This document shows, piece by piece, positions 56,327-64,000 of a stretch of 64,000 nucleotides of DNA. A program made the position numbers and the translations under genes. The notes beneath the pieces are model-generated. The model was not told the origin of the DNA, did not search any database, and worked only from the letters and a program-made list of their open reading frames with translations. This DNA is from a plasmid. The stretch lies in sequence record NZ_CP084013.1; one strand, written 5' to 3'. Numbering within the stretch: position 1 is the first letter of the stretch; each line of letters opens with the position of its first letter.

Positions 56327-56674
56327 TCAGCATTCCCACTTGACGCGGCGACGGTACAGCCGGGGATCATCCCAATCGTCGTCCATGAGGCCGGTGTTCG
56401 CCCCGCGCACGGCGATGCGGCAACGATCGCGAACCGTATGGCGGCCCACGTAATCCGGATACCAGTCATCCTCGTAGTCATGCCAGCCGTGCCAGCGATG
56501 CCCGGATGGGATGTGCTCTTTCCGTCCCCGCGAGTACGAGTATGCAGCCACATCTCCTTCGACGGTTGGCGGTTCGGTCGGGTGCATCCAGTTGTGTCGC
56601 AGGTACGTGTAGCCGTGTTCCAGCGCCTCGCGTTTGAGCACGCGGTACGGCTTGTCTTTGAACGTGCGGGACAT
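56327..56674 (-). CDS. Hypothetical protein (~116 aa), first gene of the RM operon
   Basis: Start taken at MSRTFKDKPYRV (internal Met of track ORF 56327..56947). His/Trp/Tyr-rich (HRWHGWHDYEDDWYPDY). Confidence 0.4.
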   Translation of the reverse strand: MSRTFKDKPYRVLKREALEHGYTYLRHNWMHPTEPPTVEGDVAAYSYSRGRKEHIPSGHRWHGWHDYEDDWYPDYVGRHTVRDRCRIAVRGANTGLMDDDWDDPRLYRRRVKWEC

Positions 56675-56837
56675 TCGTTTTTCCCTTCCACTAGGTTTTA
56701 GTCCGCCTAATAGAAGTCGTGGGGTTGCAACATCGCTTTTCCTTTCCGATAGCCAACTATACAAAGAACAAACGAATAGTCTTTGATGCGTATCCAATGT
56801 ATTGATATGTACGTCAAGTTGACGTACAATATACGGT

Positions 56838-57116
56838 ATGACAAGCACTATTACGGAACCGGCACGCAGCTCACGCCTCAACATGCGCCTCACGCCAGAA
56901 CAGCGCCAAACCATAGATATAGCGGCCTCTCTCAAAGGCTCCTCCATAACTCAATGGGCCATCGACCATCTCGTCACCGACGCACGCCGGGATATCGAAG
57001 AGGAGACCGTCACCCGTCTACCCTCCAAGGCATTCGACGAATTTCTCAAGGCGCTTGACAGACCCATGCCGAAGGCCGCGAAGGATCTCATCGAAATGGA
57101 ACCCGACTGGATATGA
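56838..57116 (+). CDS. DUF1778/TacA-family antitoxin (RHH) of GNAT-toxin TA system
   Basis: ..SSRLNMRLTPEQRQTIDIAASLKGSSITQWAIDHLV...FDEFLKALDRPMP.. matches the DUF1778 antitoxin pattern. ATGA overlap with the GNAT gene. Confidence 0.8.
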   Translation: MTSTITEPARSSRLNMRLTPEQRQTIDIAASLKGSSITQWAIDHLVTDARRDIEEETVTRLPSKAFDEFLKALDRPMPKAAKDLIEMEPDWI

Positions 57117-57604
57117 GATTCACCACACCACGGCGCATAGAGTCCTCCGACATGCTCGATGGCTTTGACTGCGGCATTACGCTCATTGATGAATGGCTGT
57201 CCACGAGATCCCGTTCTGCCGAAAAACAGGGAACGGCCGTCGCGTACGTCACCTACGCCGAATCAGGGGAACTCGCCGGATTCTACTCTCTCAGCGCACA
57301 CGCGATGGAACGCTCCAATATCGCCGGTGGATGGCTACAGAGGAACGTTCCAGAGCGAGTGCCCATGATACTGCTCGGTATGCTCGGCGTGGACAGACGT
57401 TTCCAAGGCGAAGGCCTCGGCAGGAAACTGTTGCACGATGCGGTCATACGTTCCTTGAACATCAGCTCCGAACTCGGGGCGAGGGCCCTCATAGTGGATC
57501 CCGTGGATTCAGCCGCAGCTAGATTCTACGAGAACAACGGTTTCCAGCACATTCCGGAATCAGAACGAATGTTCCTCAAACTCGCGGGCAAGCATCTCGT
57601 CTAG
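57113..57604 (+). CDS. GNAT-family acetyltransferase toxin (TacT/AtaT-like)
   Basis: 163 aa with acetyl-CoA-binding RRFQGEGLGRKLL motif. Paired with the DUF1778 antitoxin. Confidence 0.8.
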   Translation: MRFTTPRRIESSDMLDGFDCGITLIDEWLSTRSRSAEKQGTAVAYVTYAESGELAGFYSLSAHAMERSNIAGGWLQRNVPERVPMILLGMLGVDRRFQGEGLGRKLLHDAVIRSLNISSELGARALIVDPVDSAAARFYENNGFQHIPESERMFLKLAGKHLV

Positions 57605-58255
57605 CATTCTTGGCTTCCTCCATCCAGCAGATCGCGCAGCACCCACAGGGCGAACCGGGCGCCGTTCAGCGCATCCTCGGGAAGGCCGCACGGATATGAG
57701 ACCTCGACCCCCGCATGCACGTTCCCGTCCGCATCCACGCCATCCAGCATGGTGACGGCCAGGGTCAGGCATCGCAATCCGCGTTCGGGCGTCGCGTCCC
57801 CGCGGACGAGCAGCCAGACTGGCGGCATCGCCATCGGCTTGCCGGGATCGAACGAACGCGCCTCGTCGGCGACGATACCCGGTCCGAACGGTTCCCGCAG
57901 TTCCAGCCCGTACGTGATGTTCCCGGCACGATATTCGAGCTTGATGCGGGCCGTCGTGCCGGACGGTTCGGATGTTTCGGATTCGACGGCGTACAGCCGG
58001 TAGCGGATGGAATCAAGCATTATCCCCATGGTAGTCCGGGTGCGCGGTTCCTGTTCTCGTGGGGGCCGTCGCGTGCCGTCCGCGTTGAACTGGGCGAGCT
58101 GCCCGATCGCATTGCCCGTGTTCTGCAACGCGCCATTGAGTAGACGCACACGCTCCCCCCATATCGTTGGTCTCCAACGCGAGACGCAGCTGGCCGATGG
58201 CCGCGTTCACCTGATTGCGGTACGTGTAGTTATTGTTCTCGGATGGCGCCGTCAT
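57601..58255 (-). pseudogene. Hypothetical gene with internal repeat, split by +1 frameshift at a G6 homopolymer (58153-58160 region)
   Basis: Frame A: MTAPSENNNYTYRNQVNAAIGQLRLALETNDMGG... Frame B (GTG start just after the G-run): ..LLNGALQNTGNAIGQLAQFNADG...MLDSIRYRLYAVESE... Removing one G fuses them into a ~218-aa ORF with a duplicated NxxNAIGQL segment. Confidence 0.4.
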
Positions 58256-58295
58256 GCCATCCGCCTTCCTTTCGTCCTTAGAACTGATATGCGTT

Positions 58296-58865
58296 TCAGC
58301 GAATCAGCTCCAGAAGCCCTCGGTTCTCGTTCCTGCCGAACCGGTGCAGTCTTGAATATTCCTTGAGCGCGTGTTCGAGCCGGCCGGGCTCAGCCCAGTA
58401 TCGTTCCAGCCATGCGCGGCTTTTCACCTGCTTCATGCCCAGTTCTCTTTTGCAATAGTCGGAGGGCTTCAGCCGTTTGGAGCCGTTCGTGTATTTGCCG
58501 TACATGCCCTCGTTGATGATGACCAGCATTTCGATTTCGGGATGGGTTCGCAGGTTCACGACCTCGGCCGCATGCTCGTAGCCTCGAGGTATGCGCAGTA
58601 CATCCGAGTCCGAGTCGACTATACGTATGATCAGCAGCGGGTGTTTGCCGTATGACATGTTGAGGAACCGGTCGAGCATCCGCTTCGATTCCTTGCGGGT
58701 GAAATACCATGTGCCTCGCAGCTGATTAGGCACGATAAGCTCGTTCGGCACGGTCAGTTCGCCGCGTTCGATAAGGGTCGTGAGTATGTACTGTTCGGCC
58801 ACGCCCTCGCAGACGAACAGCACATACTGGCCTTCCGCATTAAGCATGCACGTACCTTTCCGCAT
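58296..58865 (-). CDS. TOPRIM-domain (OLD-family / DUF4435-like) nuclease; AriB-like component
   Basis: VLFVCEGVAEQYIL (TOPRIM ExG) ... LLIIRIVDSDSD (DxD). ~183 aa from MLNAEGQ. Overlaps the upstream ATPase gene. Confidence 0.6.
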   Translation of the reverse strand: MRKGTCMLNAEGQYVLFVCEGVAEQYILTTLIERGELTVPNELIVPNQLRGTWYFTRKESKRMLDRFLNMSYGKHPLLIIRIVDSDSDVLRIPRGYEHAAEVVNLRTHPEIEMLVIINEGMYGKYTNGSKRLKPSDYCKRELGMKQVKSRAWLERYWAEPGRLEHALKEYSRLHRFGRNENRGLLELIR

Positions 58866-60021
58866 AATCCTGGAGGGCGCGGACGGCCGCGTATGAGGGC
58901 GCGGTACCGGGTACCCGGTTGGCGAAGAAGGAAACGCTCTTCTTCAAATCGGTGCGGCCCAGATATGCGCCCAGATTCCGGAGGGCGAAGCCTTTTCCAT
59001 CGCGGACGGCGAACCATATCGAATCCTTGCGGGTGAAATGATCCAGCAGCTCCGGATAGTGGGTGGAGAACAGGAGCGTGGCCCCATGCGGGTTCGTGAC
59101 CGGGGAGGCGAACAGGTCCATGATGGCGAATACGAGCTGCTTGTTGATGCTGTTCTCCAGTTCGTCCACAATCAGATAGCCACCCGCGCGCAGTGTCTCC
59201 AATGCTCGGCCGACCAGTGCGCCGCCTCTCAGGGTACCGGATGAGACCATGTTGACCAGCGAGTTCGGGGTGACCTCCCGCTCCTTGCCCTCATTGCGGA
59301 ATTTCAGATGGATTCCGTCCTTGTCGTAGTCGAGACGTTCGATGCTGGCATCGAACAGCGTCACGACGGGGCGGGCCGGGCTGACGGTGAGCGTCGGGGA
59401 CACCGGCAGCAGTTCGGTCGCGATGTCGGTGTCCTTGACGAAGGCCCCGCAAATACTCCGGTCGGGCGGCAGATACCGTTTCGCGTCGGCGGACAGTTCG
59501 CCCCGGACGCCGGGCCTGCCCACGTTGCGGGATGAGAGCACGGTCCACCGTTCCGGATCCAACGTGCCGTTCATGGCGGAGGCAAGCATTTTCTTGCTGA
59601 GCTTGCCATGGTGGATGCTCAGGGTCTCACGGATGAACCTCAACGGCGTGCGACCCTCGCCTGTCCGCTCGAGCAGGCTGTCGATGAGATGGAAGCGACC
59701 GTCCTGTTCGAACAGCGCGCGCACCCCGATCCGGTCGTCCATGGTGTCGTACAAAGGGAACAGGTCGGGGTTCAACGATCCCAGCGACATGCCGCCGGCG
59801 ACGGCGAGGGCGAGTTCGGTGACCCTCAACGCGGTGGTCTTGCCGGAGGCGTTGATGCCGGCGACGCCGATGGCCGTGTTGATGCTGATGTTGCGTGCGG
59901 CGCCGTCGAGCATGTGCGTGTATCCGGGTTCCCTTACGGCGTCGATGGCGTACAGGTCCATCCTGCATTCATGGTTTTCGTATAGGCGCAGGCCGCTGAT
60001 GGCGTAGCTCAACAACCTCAT
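58840..60021 (-). CDS. ABC-type/AAA_21-like ATPase (OLD N-terminal-domain-like; AriA-like)
   Basis: Walker A GINASGKTTALR, Walker B LIVDELENSINK, H-loop ATLLFSTHYPELL. Start taken at MRLLSYAISGL. Immediately upstream of the TOPRIM gene. Confidence 0.65.
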   Translation of the reverse strand: MRLLSYAISGLRLYENHECRMDLYAIDAVREPGYTHMLDGAARNISINTAIGVAGINASGKTTALRVTELALAVAGGMSLGSLNPDLFPLYDTMDDRIGVRALFEQDGRFHLIDSLLERTGEGRTPLRFIRETLSIHHGKLSKKMLASAMNGTLDPERWTVLSSRNVGRPGVRGELSADAKRYLPPDRSICGAFVKDTDIATELLPVSPTLTVSPARPVVTLFDASIERLDYDKDGIHLKFRNEGKEREVTPNSLVNMVSSGTLRGGALVGRALETLRAGGYLIVDELENSINKQLVFAIMDLFASPVTNPHGATLLFSTHYPELLDHFTRKDSIWFAVRDGKGFALRNLGAYLGRTDLKKSVSFFANRVPGTAPSYAAVRALQDYAERYVHA

Positions 60022-61147
60022 GCTTTCTCCCTTGTAAACGTTTTTTCTGTATACATAGGCTATCACTGAATGGAGACCGTCGATACCCGGAAACCGTCAG
60101 ATCGCCTCCCCCCCCCCTGACTCCCAGGCAGCCGGGCGTCGCCGTCCGTTTCGGGTCGGGCATGAACTGAGCCGGATTATTCCCGATCGCCGTCAGCAAT
60201 GCGTCCATGTCGAGCGCGTACAGGCCGCTGTTCGACTGCGGGTTCAGCTCGATCACATGCGGCCGCCCGGCATCATCCAGATACAGGTCCATCACGTATG
60301 GGCCTTCGACTTCGCCGCGTATCGCATGCGCCGCCTCGTGCGCGAACGCCTCATACAACCGTGCGATGTCGGGATGCGATTCGATGCGCCCGCTGTTGCG
60401 CGTCTCCTCCATGCGCGGATCATACCGGTCACCCCGATTGTCGGCGGGCGTGAACCGTTCGATGCAGCCGGCGCCGCACACCGGTTTCCCGCCTATCACC
60501 TGCATCCGGTATTCGTAGCGCATGCGCGCCTTTTGCTGGACGAGCACCGCGTCCGGCTCGCCCTCGAACAGTGCGAGATCGTAGCCGGCCCACCGCCAGG
60601 CGGCGAACGGGATATGCTCCGGCTTCCCGCCATACTCGTCCGTCTGCATGAACGTGCCGTCCGGGTCGATGAACGCGAGCGGCAGGCGTTTCTCCCTGAG
60701 CATGAACTTGGCGACCACGCCCGAACCGGGATGCCGGTCGAGCATGCCCCGCGCCGCCACATCGATCGCATCCCCGTCGCAGGCGACGGATCGCGCGTCG
60801 CGCCCCAGAAACGGGCGCAGCGAGGGCATGAGATCCCACCGGTCGACGTTCGAGGCGGGCAACGTCAGCTGATCCATATACGGCCTGATTCTCACCACGC
60901 CGTAATGGGCTAGCGTCATCGGATCCGGCCCCCCGTACGATCGGCCGGCCACGCGCACATGCGGGTCCGGGAGGATACGTGCCGCGGCCTCCAGGCGCGC
61001 CGCCTGTTCGCGCCAATCCTCCGGATCCCCGTCGCCCGGCACAACCTCGCCGACGTATCGTCCCCATGCGGCGCGATACGCTTCCGGCGCGTCCATCACG
61101 TCGGACGGGCGTTCCGTGGGGATGATGTCGATAAGCCAGCCGGTCAA
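59969..61147 (-). CDS. ATP-grasp-like enzyme (C-terminal ~45 aa after the G10 tract look non-genuine)
   Basis: ..GPYVMDLYLDDAGRPHVIELNPQSNSGLYALD.. resembles the ATP-grasp C-terminal lobe. Upstream KFMLREKRLPLAFIDPDG... 4-nt overlap with the upstream paralog. Confidence 0.45.
   Translation of the reverse strand: MTGWLIDIIPTERPSDVMDAPEAYRAAWGRYVGEVVPGDGDPEDWREQAARLEAAARILPDPHVRVAGRSYGGPDPMTLAHYGVVRIRPYMDQLTLPASNVDRWDLMPSLRPFLGRDARSVACDGDAIDVAARGMLDRHPGSGVVAKFMLREKRLPLAFIDPDGTFMQTDEYGGKPEHIPFAAWRWAGYDLALFEGEPDAVLVQQKARMRYEYRMQVIGGKPVCGAGCIERFTPADNRGDRYDPRMEETRNSGRIESHPDIARLYEAFAHEAAHAIRGEVEGPYVMDLYLDDAGRPHVIELNPQSNSGLYALDMDALLTAIGNNPAQFMPDPKRTATPGCLGVRGGGGDLTVSGYRRSPFSDSLCIQKKRLQGRKHEVVELRHQRPAPIRKP
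60108..60117. repeat. C10/G10 homopolymer tract located in the 3' end of the ATP-grasp-like ORF, ~50-100 nt upstream of the ABC ATPase start
   Basis: cgcctCCCCCCCCCCtga seen directly. Length-variable tracts of this kind are slipped-strand mispairing hot spots. Confidence 0.6.
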
Positions 61148-62568
61148 TGTTCTCCCTCCAGTTCGGGCATCCAGTTCTCCACCATCGGCCGACGCTTTCC
61201 TTTCGGCACCGTCCGTTCGTAGAAGGTGCTGCGTTCGGCGGGCGCCATGTCGATGAGCCAGTAGTCGTCGCCGTCGCGCATGATGTCAAGCGACCATTGG
61301 CCCGCCAGGTCGAGACCGGGCAGCAATCCGGCCACGTGCGTGGCGACCAGGTCCTTCGTGGCCTCGTATTCGCGCATGAGCGACGGTTCTCGCAGCTTGT
61401 AGGTGACCGCGTCGTGCCGCATGTGCGGGTTGTCGGAATCCGGCCAGTCGCGGAAACGATGGTTCATCACCTTGGGATCCCAGTACGGGTGGATGCCCAG
61501 CAGCTCATCCGTGTCGCAGTCGATGAAGCAACGGTATTCGCATCGCAGCGGCAGGCCCATGTAGATGGTCGGCAGGTCATGCGTATCGGGGATGTATTCG
61601 CGGACCACCATCTCGTTCGTCGTGGAAACCCCGTACGTGGCAGGTTGGCTCAACGGTCCGGCCATTTCGACCGCTTGGGATTGGAGGTACAACAGGTATT
61701 CGCCGATCTGCATGACCTCGTGCGGTTCGGTGACGTGCGCGTTGCGGAAATCATACTTGTTGCTGAACGTGCCGGTCTTGAGGAAATAAGATTCGTCCGG
61801 TTTCAGGCGGAACGCGGCCTGCGCCCACCGATCCACCACATCCAATGTGGCGGCGGTCAGCGACTCGTATTCGACGCGCGACAATTGCAACAGGGTCAAC
61901 GGCGCTTTGGCTATCGTGGTCTTCGGGATGCGGAAGAACGTCTTGCCTTCGTTCGCCTTGACCAATGCGGGCAGCCAATGGCCTATGCTCGCCGGGTTCA
62001 TGTCGAGCATTCGGTACATGACCGGATCCAGGTCGAGCAGGTCGAGGCCGGTGCGGAACATGCCGTACGCCTCATGCCGTTGCCTCGCGGAACGTTTCGG
62101 ATCCGTGGCGCGCCGCCACATATCCAACAGGAGCGGATAGTTCACCGCATCAATCTGACGGTGGATGAGCTCGCCCGCCAACTGGGGGCGCTCCCCCGTC
62201 TGCAGGGCATTCACGTCCGATTCCGTCACATACTTTTCCGGGACGGGAGCCAATGCCGGAATCGTGGTCAGACGTTCCCCGTCGAACCGGATGACGCCTG
62301 TATCCGACAGCAGTTCGCGCACGATGCGCGCATCCAACGCCAACGCCTCGTCCGACAGCCCGTGTCCGGAACGGGATTCGACAACGGTCTTCGCGTCCGG
62401 ACCCAATGGTCCCGTGGGCGCATTCTTCCGGTCGAGCACGTTCGCATGGTAGGAGCGTTCGAACTCGCGCAATAGTCCGGGCGTGGTGCTGAGCATGGCG
62501 GCCGCCGTGTCCACGTCCAACGGTTGCGGCTTATCCGCGTGCAGCAGCCGGTCGAGAAAGCCGGTCAT
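61144..62568 (-). CDS. ATP-grasp-like enzyme, larger paralog (~475 aa)
   Basis: Start taken at MTGFLDRLLH. C-terminal ..WSLDIMRDGDDYWLIDMAPAERSTFYE.. parallels the motif of the downstream paralog. Confidence 0.45.
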   Translation of the reverse strand: MTGFLDRLLHADKPQPLDVDTAAAMLSTTPGLLREFERSYHANVLDRKNAPTGPLGPDAKTVVESRSGHGLSDEALALDARIVRELLSDTGVIRFDGERLTTIPALAPVPEKYVTESDVNALQTGERPQLAGELIHRQIDAVNYPLLLDMWRRATDPKRSARQRHEAYGMFRTGLDLLDLDPVMYRMLDMNPASIGHWLPALVKANEGKTFFRIPKTTIAKAPLTLLQLSRVEYESLTAATLDVVDRWAQAAFRLKPDESYFLKTGTFSNKYDFRNAHVTEPHEVMQIGEYLLYLQSQAVEMAGPLSQPATYGVSTTNEMVVREYIPDTHDLPTIYMGLPLRCEYRCFIDCDTDELLGIHPYWDPKVMNHRFRDWPDSDNPHMRHDAVTYKLREPSLMREYEATKDLVATHVAGLLPGLDLAGQWSLDIMRDGDDYWLIDMAPAERSTFYERTVPKGKRRPMVENWMPELEGEH

Positions 62569-63038
62569 GATTCCTCCAGATCCCTGATTTGTTGCTCCAG
62601 TTTCCCGCAGGTCTTCGCCTGACCCAACGCCTTGCGCAGCCGTGGCACCAGCTCCTCGCATGAAAGTTGCCGACTGTCCTGCGGTATCGCCTCCAACAGT
62701 TCCTGCAACGTGTCCAATCCGTCATCCAACAGGGCTTTCAAGGTATTCGTTTCCCGATTTCTCCTCAACACGTCGATCCACGCTTCGGCAAGGCGGCCGC
62801 CCTCGAACAGGCGTCCGCCATGCCATTTCGCAAACACCCTGCCTCCATCGAATGCGAGAATCGTACGTGTCCGGTCGTACCGTTCCACCGGCTCCCCGTT
62901 CATGTCCACGCGGCCCAGATACAATGCCGTCACATCATCGTCATCGGTGAACGACCAGACACGATAGTGCGGATCCTCGCGGCGCAACCGTTCCTCCGCC
63001 ATGCCGGCGAACCGGATTTCAGTATCGATTTTGTCCAT
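62565..63038 (-). CDS. Hypothetical protein (~157 aa), first gene of the ATP-grasp/ATPase/TOPRIM operon
   Basis: Start taken at MDKIDTEIRF. 4-nt overlap with the next gene. Confidence 0.4.
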   Translation of the reverse strand: MDKIDTEIRFAGMAEERLRREDPHYRVWSFTDDDDVTALYLGRVDMNGEPVERYDRTRTILAFDGGRVFAKWHGGRLFEGGRLAEAWIDVLRRNRETNTLKALLDDGLDTLQELLEAIPQDSRQLSCEELVPRLRKALGQAKTCGKLEQQIRDLEES

Positions 63039-63190
63039 CAGTTGTTCCTTTCCGCATCGGTTCCCGTATGCGTTCCACATTTCGATGCCGCCATCGGAAT
63101 GTTCCGGCTCTTCTCGGAAGGATGGTGGATATTACAAAATGGGTGTACATTTGTATACATATATGTATATATTCCTTTTGGAGGTTTGCG

Positions 63191-63475
63191 ATGGCAGCAG
63201 AAACGATCACCGTCCCATTGGACACGATTGTTCCGATCAGCAAATTCGGGCATGCGGGGGCAAGCAGCGAGTTCGCCAAGGTTGAGGACGATACACCTGT
63301 CACCGTGCTCCGCAACGGAGAACCCACCTATTTCATCATCAACGCGCACGACTACCGCATCTACCGGCAGGCGGTCATAGCTGCCGAAAACAGGCAGGCG
63401 AGACACGAGGCGCTGAACGGTATCGGCAAAAGGTTCGGCAGCGTGGACGATCTGATGGCGGACCTCGATGCTTAA
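63191..63475 (+). CDS. Phd/YefM-type antitoxin (DinJ-YafQ-type pair)
   Basis: MAAETITVPLDTIVPISKFG...TPVTVLRNGEPTYFIINAHDYRIYRQ... Overlaps the downstream toxin start. Confidence 0.75.
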   Translation: MAAETITVPLDTIVPISKFGHAGASSEFAKVEDDTPVTVLRNGEPTYFIINAHDYRIYRQAVIAAENRQARHEALNGIGKRFGSVDDLMADLDA

Positions 63476-63770
63476 CGACATATCCCGGACGCCTACCTTC
63501 GAACGAGACTGGAAACGTCTGAGACGGAAGCACTACGATTCCGCCAAACTGCGTAAGGCGATACAAACCCTGATGGCCGAAGACGCGGATACGCTGATCC
63601 ACACGTACCGGGATCACTCGCTGAAAGGCGAATGGGCGGGATTCCGCGAACTCCACATCGAGGGTGACTGGCTTCTTATCTACCGGATCGATCATGGCGA
63701 ACTGTGCCTCGTGCTCACCCGCACCGGCTCGCACGATGCCTTGTTTGGTCGTGGAGGGAAGAACTTCTGA
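63468..63770 (+). CDS. yafQ: YafQ/RelE-family mRNA interferase toxin
   Basis: ..HTYRDHSLKGEWAGFRELHIEGDWLLIYRIDHGELCLVLTRTGSHDALF matches the YafQ C-terminal signature. Confidence 0.8.
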   Translation: MLNDISRTPTFERDWKRLRRKHYDSAKLRKAIQTLMAEDADTLIHTYRDHSLKGEWAGFRELHIEGDWLLIYRIDHGELCLVLTRTGSHDALFGRGGKNF

Positions 63771-63775
63771 CCGGT

Positions 63776-63997
63776 TCACGACGACACTTCGACCAGGATC
63801 AGTCCGACAATCGCAAACGCGAGAATCCATACACCGAACAGCACGTACCGTGCGCAGCGCATGCCCGTCAGATACCGGTCGAACATGCGGTTCCGTTCGT
63901 CGAGCATCCGGCACCAAGCATCTTCGCACCGGTCGAAATCGGCCGGGCTCATACGGGTGCCGCCGTACGCTTCCAAATGCTCGCGCAGGGACGGCAT
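63776..63997 (-). CDS. Small protein with C-terminal TM helix (73 aa); start near the window edge
   Basis: ..RYVLFGVWILAFAIVGLILVEVSS. ORF begins at 63997, 3 nt from the window end. Confidence 0.35.
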   Translation of the reverse strand: MPSLREHLEAYGGTRMSPADFDRCEDAWCRMLDERNRMFDRYLTGMRCARYVLFGVWILAFAIVGLILVEVSS

Positions 63998-64000
63998 GGG

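Noticed and set aside
1-64000. CRISPR arrays, rRNA or tRNA genes
   Set aside because: No short direct-repeat/spacer periodicity, no rRNA-like conserved stretches and no tRNA cloverleaf candidates were noticed on manual reading. Absence is not proven without tRNAscan/Infernal.

Overview
High-GC window, probably an accessory region of a Bifidobacterium-like actinobacterial genome, read from sequence and the supplied ORF track only; I ran no database searches. Stated coordinates follow the ORF track, and my own positional counts for non-ORF features may be off by a few nucleotides. (1) 0-23 kb encodes sortase-anchored surface proteins: a 5'-partial LAKTG pilin-repeat adhesin, a 1550-aa LPFTG adhesin with Listeria-Bacteroides (Flg_new) repeats whose 5' end appears lost where a yefM-yoeB toxin-antitoxin block sits, a class C sortase, an M-protein-like coiled-coil LASTG protein with an embedded CAP/SCP domain, and a 991-aa LASTG adhesin. 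The same stretch carries an orphan HigA-like HTH gene, a beta-class DNA methyltransferase whose 5' end runs into the right end of an IS200/IS605 element (tnpA+tnpB), and ssb. (2) 26-43 kb looks like a cryptic mobile-element backbone: divergent operons of small membrane and hypothetical genes, a P-loop ATPase, a metallophosphoesterase, a class E sortase, CHAP and NlpC/P60 cell-wall hydrolases, followed by an IS607-family element. (3) 45-64 kb is a defense/addiction island: Gp49(HigB)-XRE, a solo tnpB, an MmeI-family Type IIL RM enzyme inside a 4-gene operon, DUF1778-GNAT (TacAT-like), a split ABC-ATPase + TOPRIM pair (PARIS/OLD-like) cotranscribed with two ATP-grasp-like genes and a G10 tract, and Phd-YafQ. 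An AbiEi/AbiEii pair lies at 24.4-26.1 kb. The most unusual signals are (a) a conserved ~26-nt motif (consensus CTGTTATACTGAATATGTCCACATAGA, i.e. extended -10 plus a conserved downstream box) present 6 times plus one partial copy, always ~15 nt upstream of an RBS and start codon (ssb, both arms of a divergent control region at 31.6-31.8 kb, and four other small genes); and (b) a family of five acidic proteins (31771, 34308, 49955, 50564, 51108) sharing a ~40-aa N-terminal leader (S-QAR-Q-RR...DGRF-DE-K...P...L--YE-Q) followed by divergent bodies. These may be a leading-region-like anti-defense or establishment gene family of an undescribed element. No rRNA, tRNA or CRISPR array was seen.
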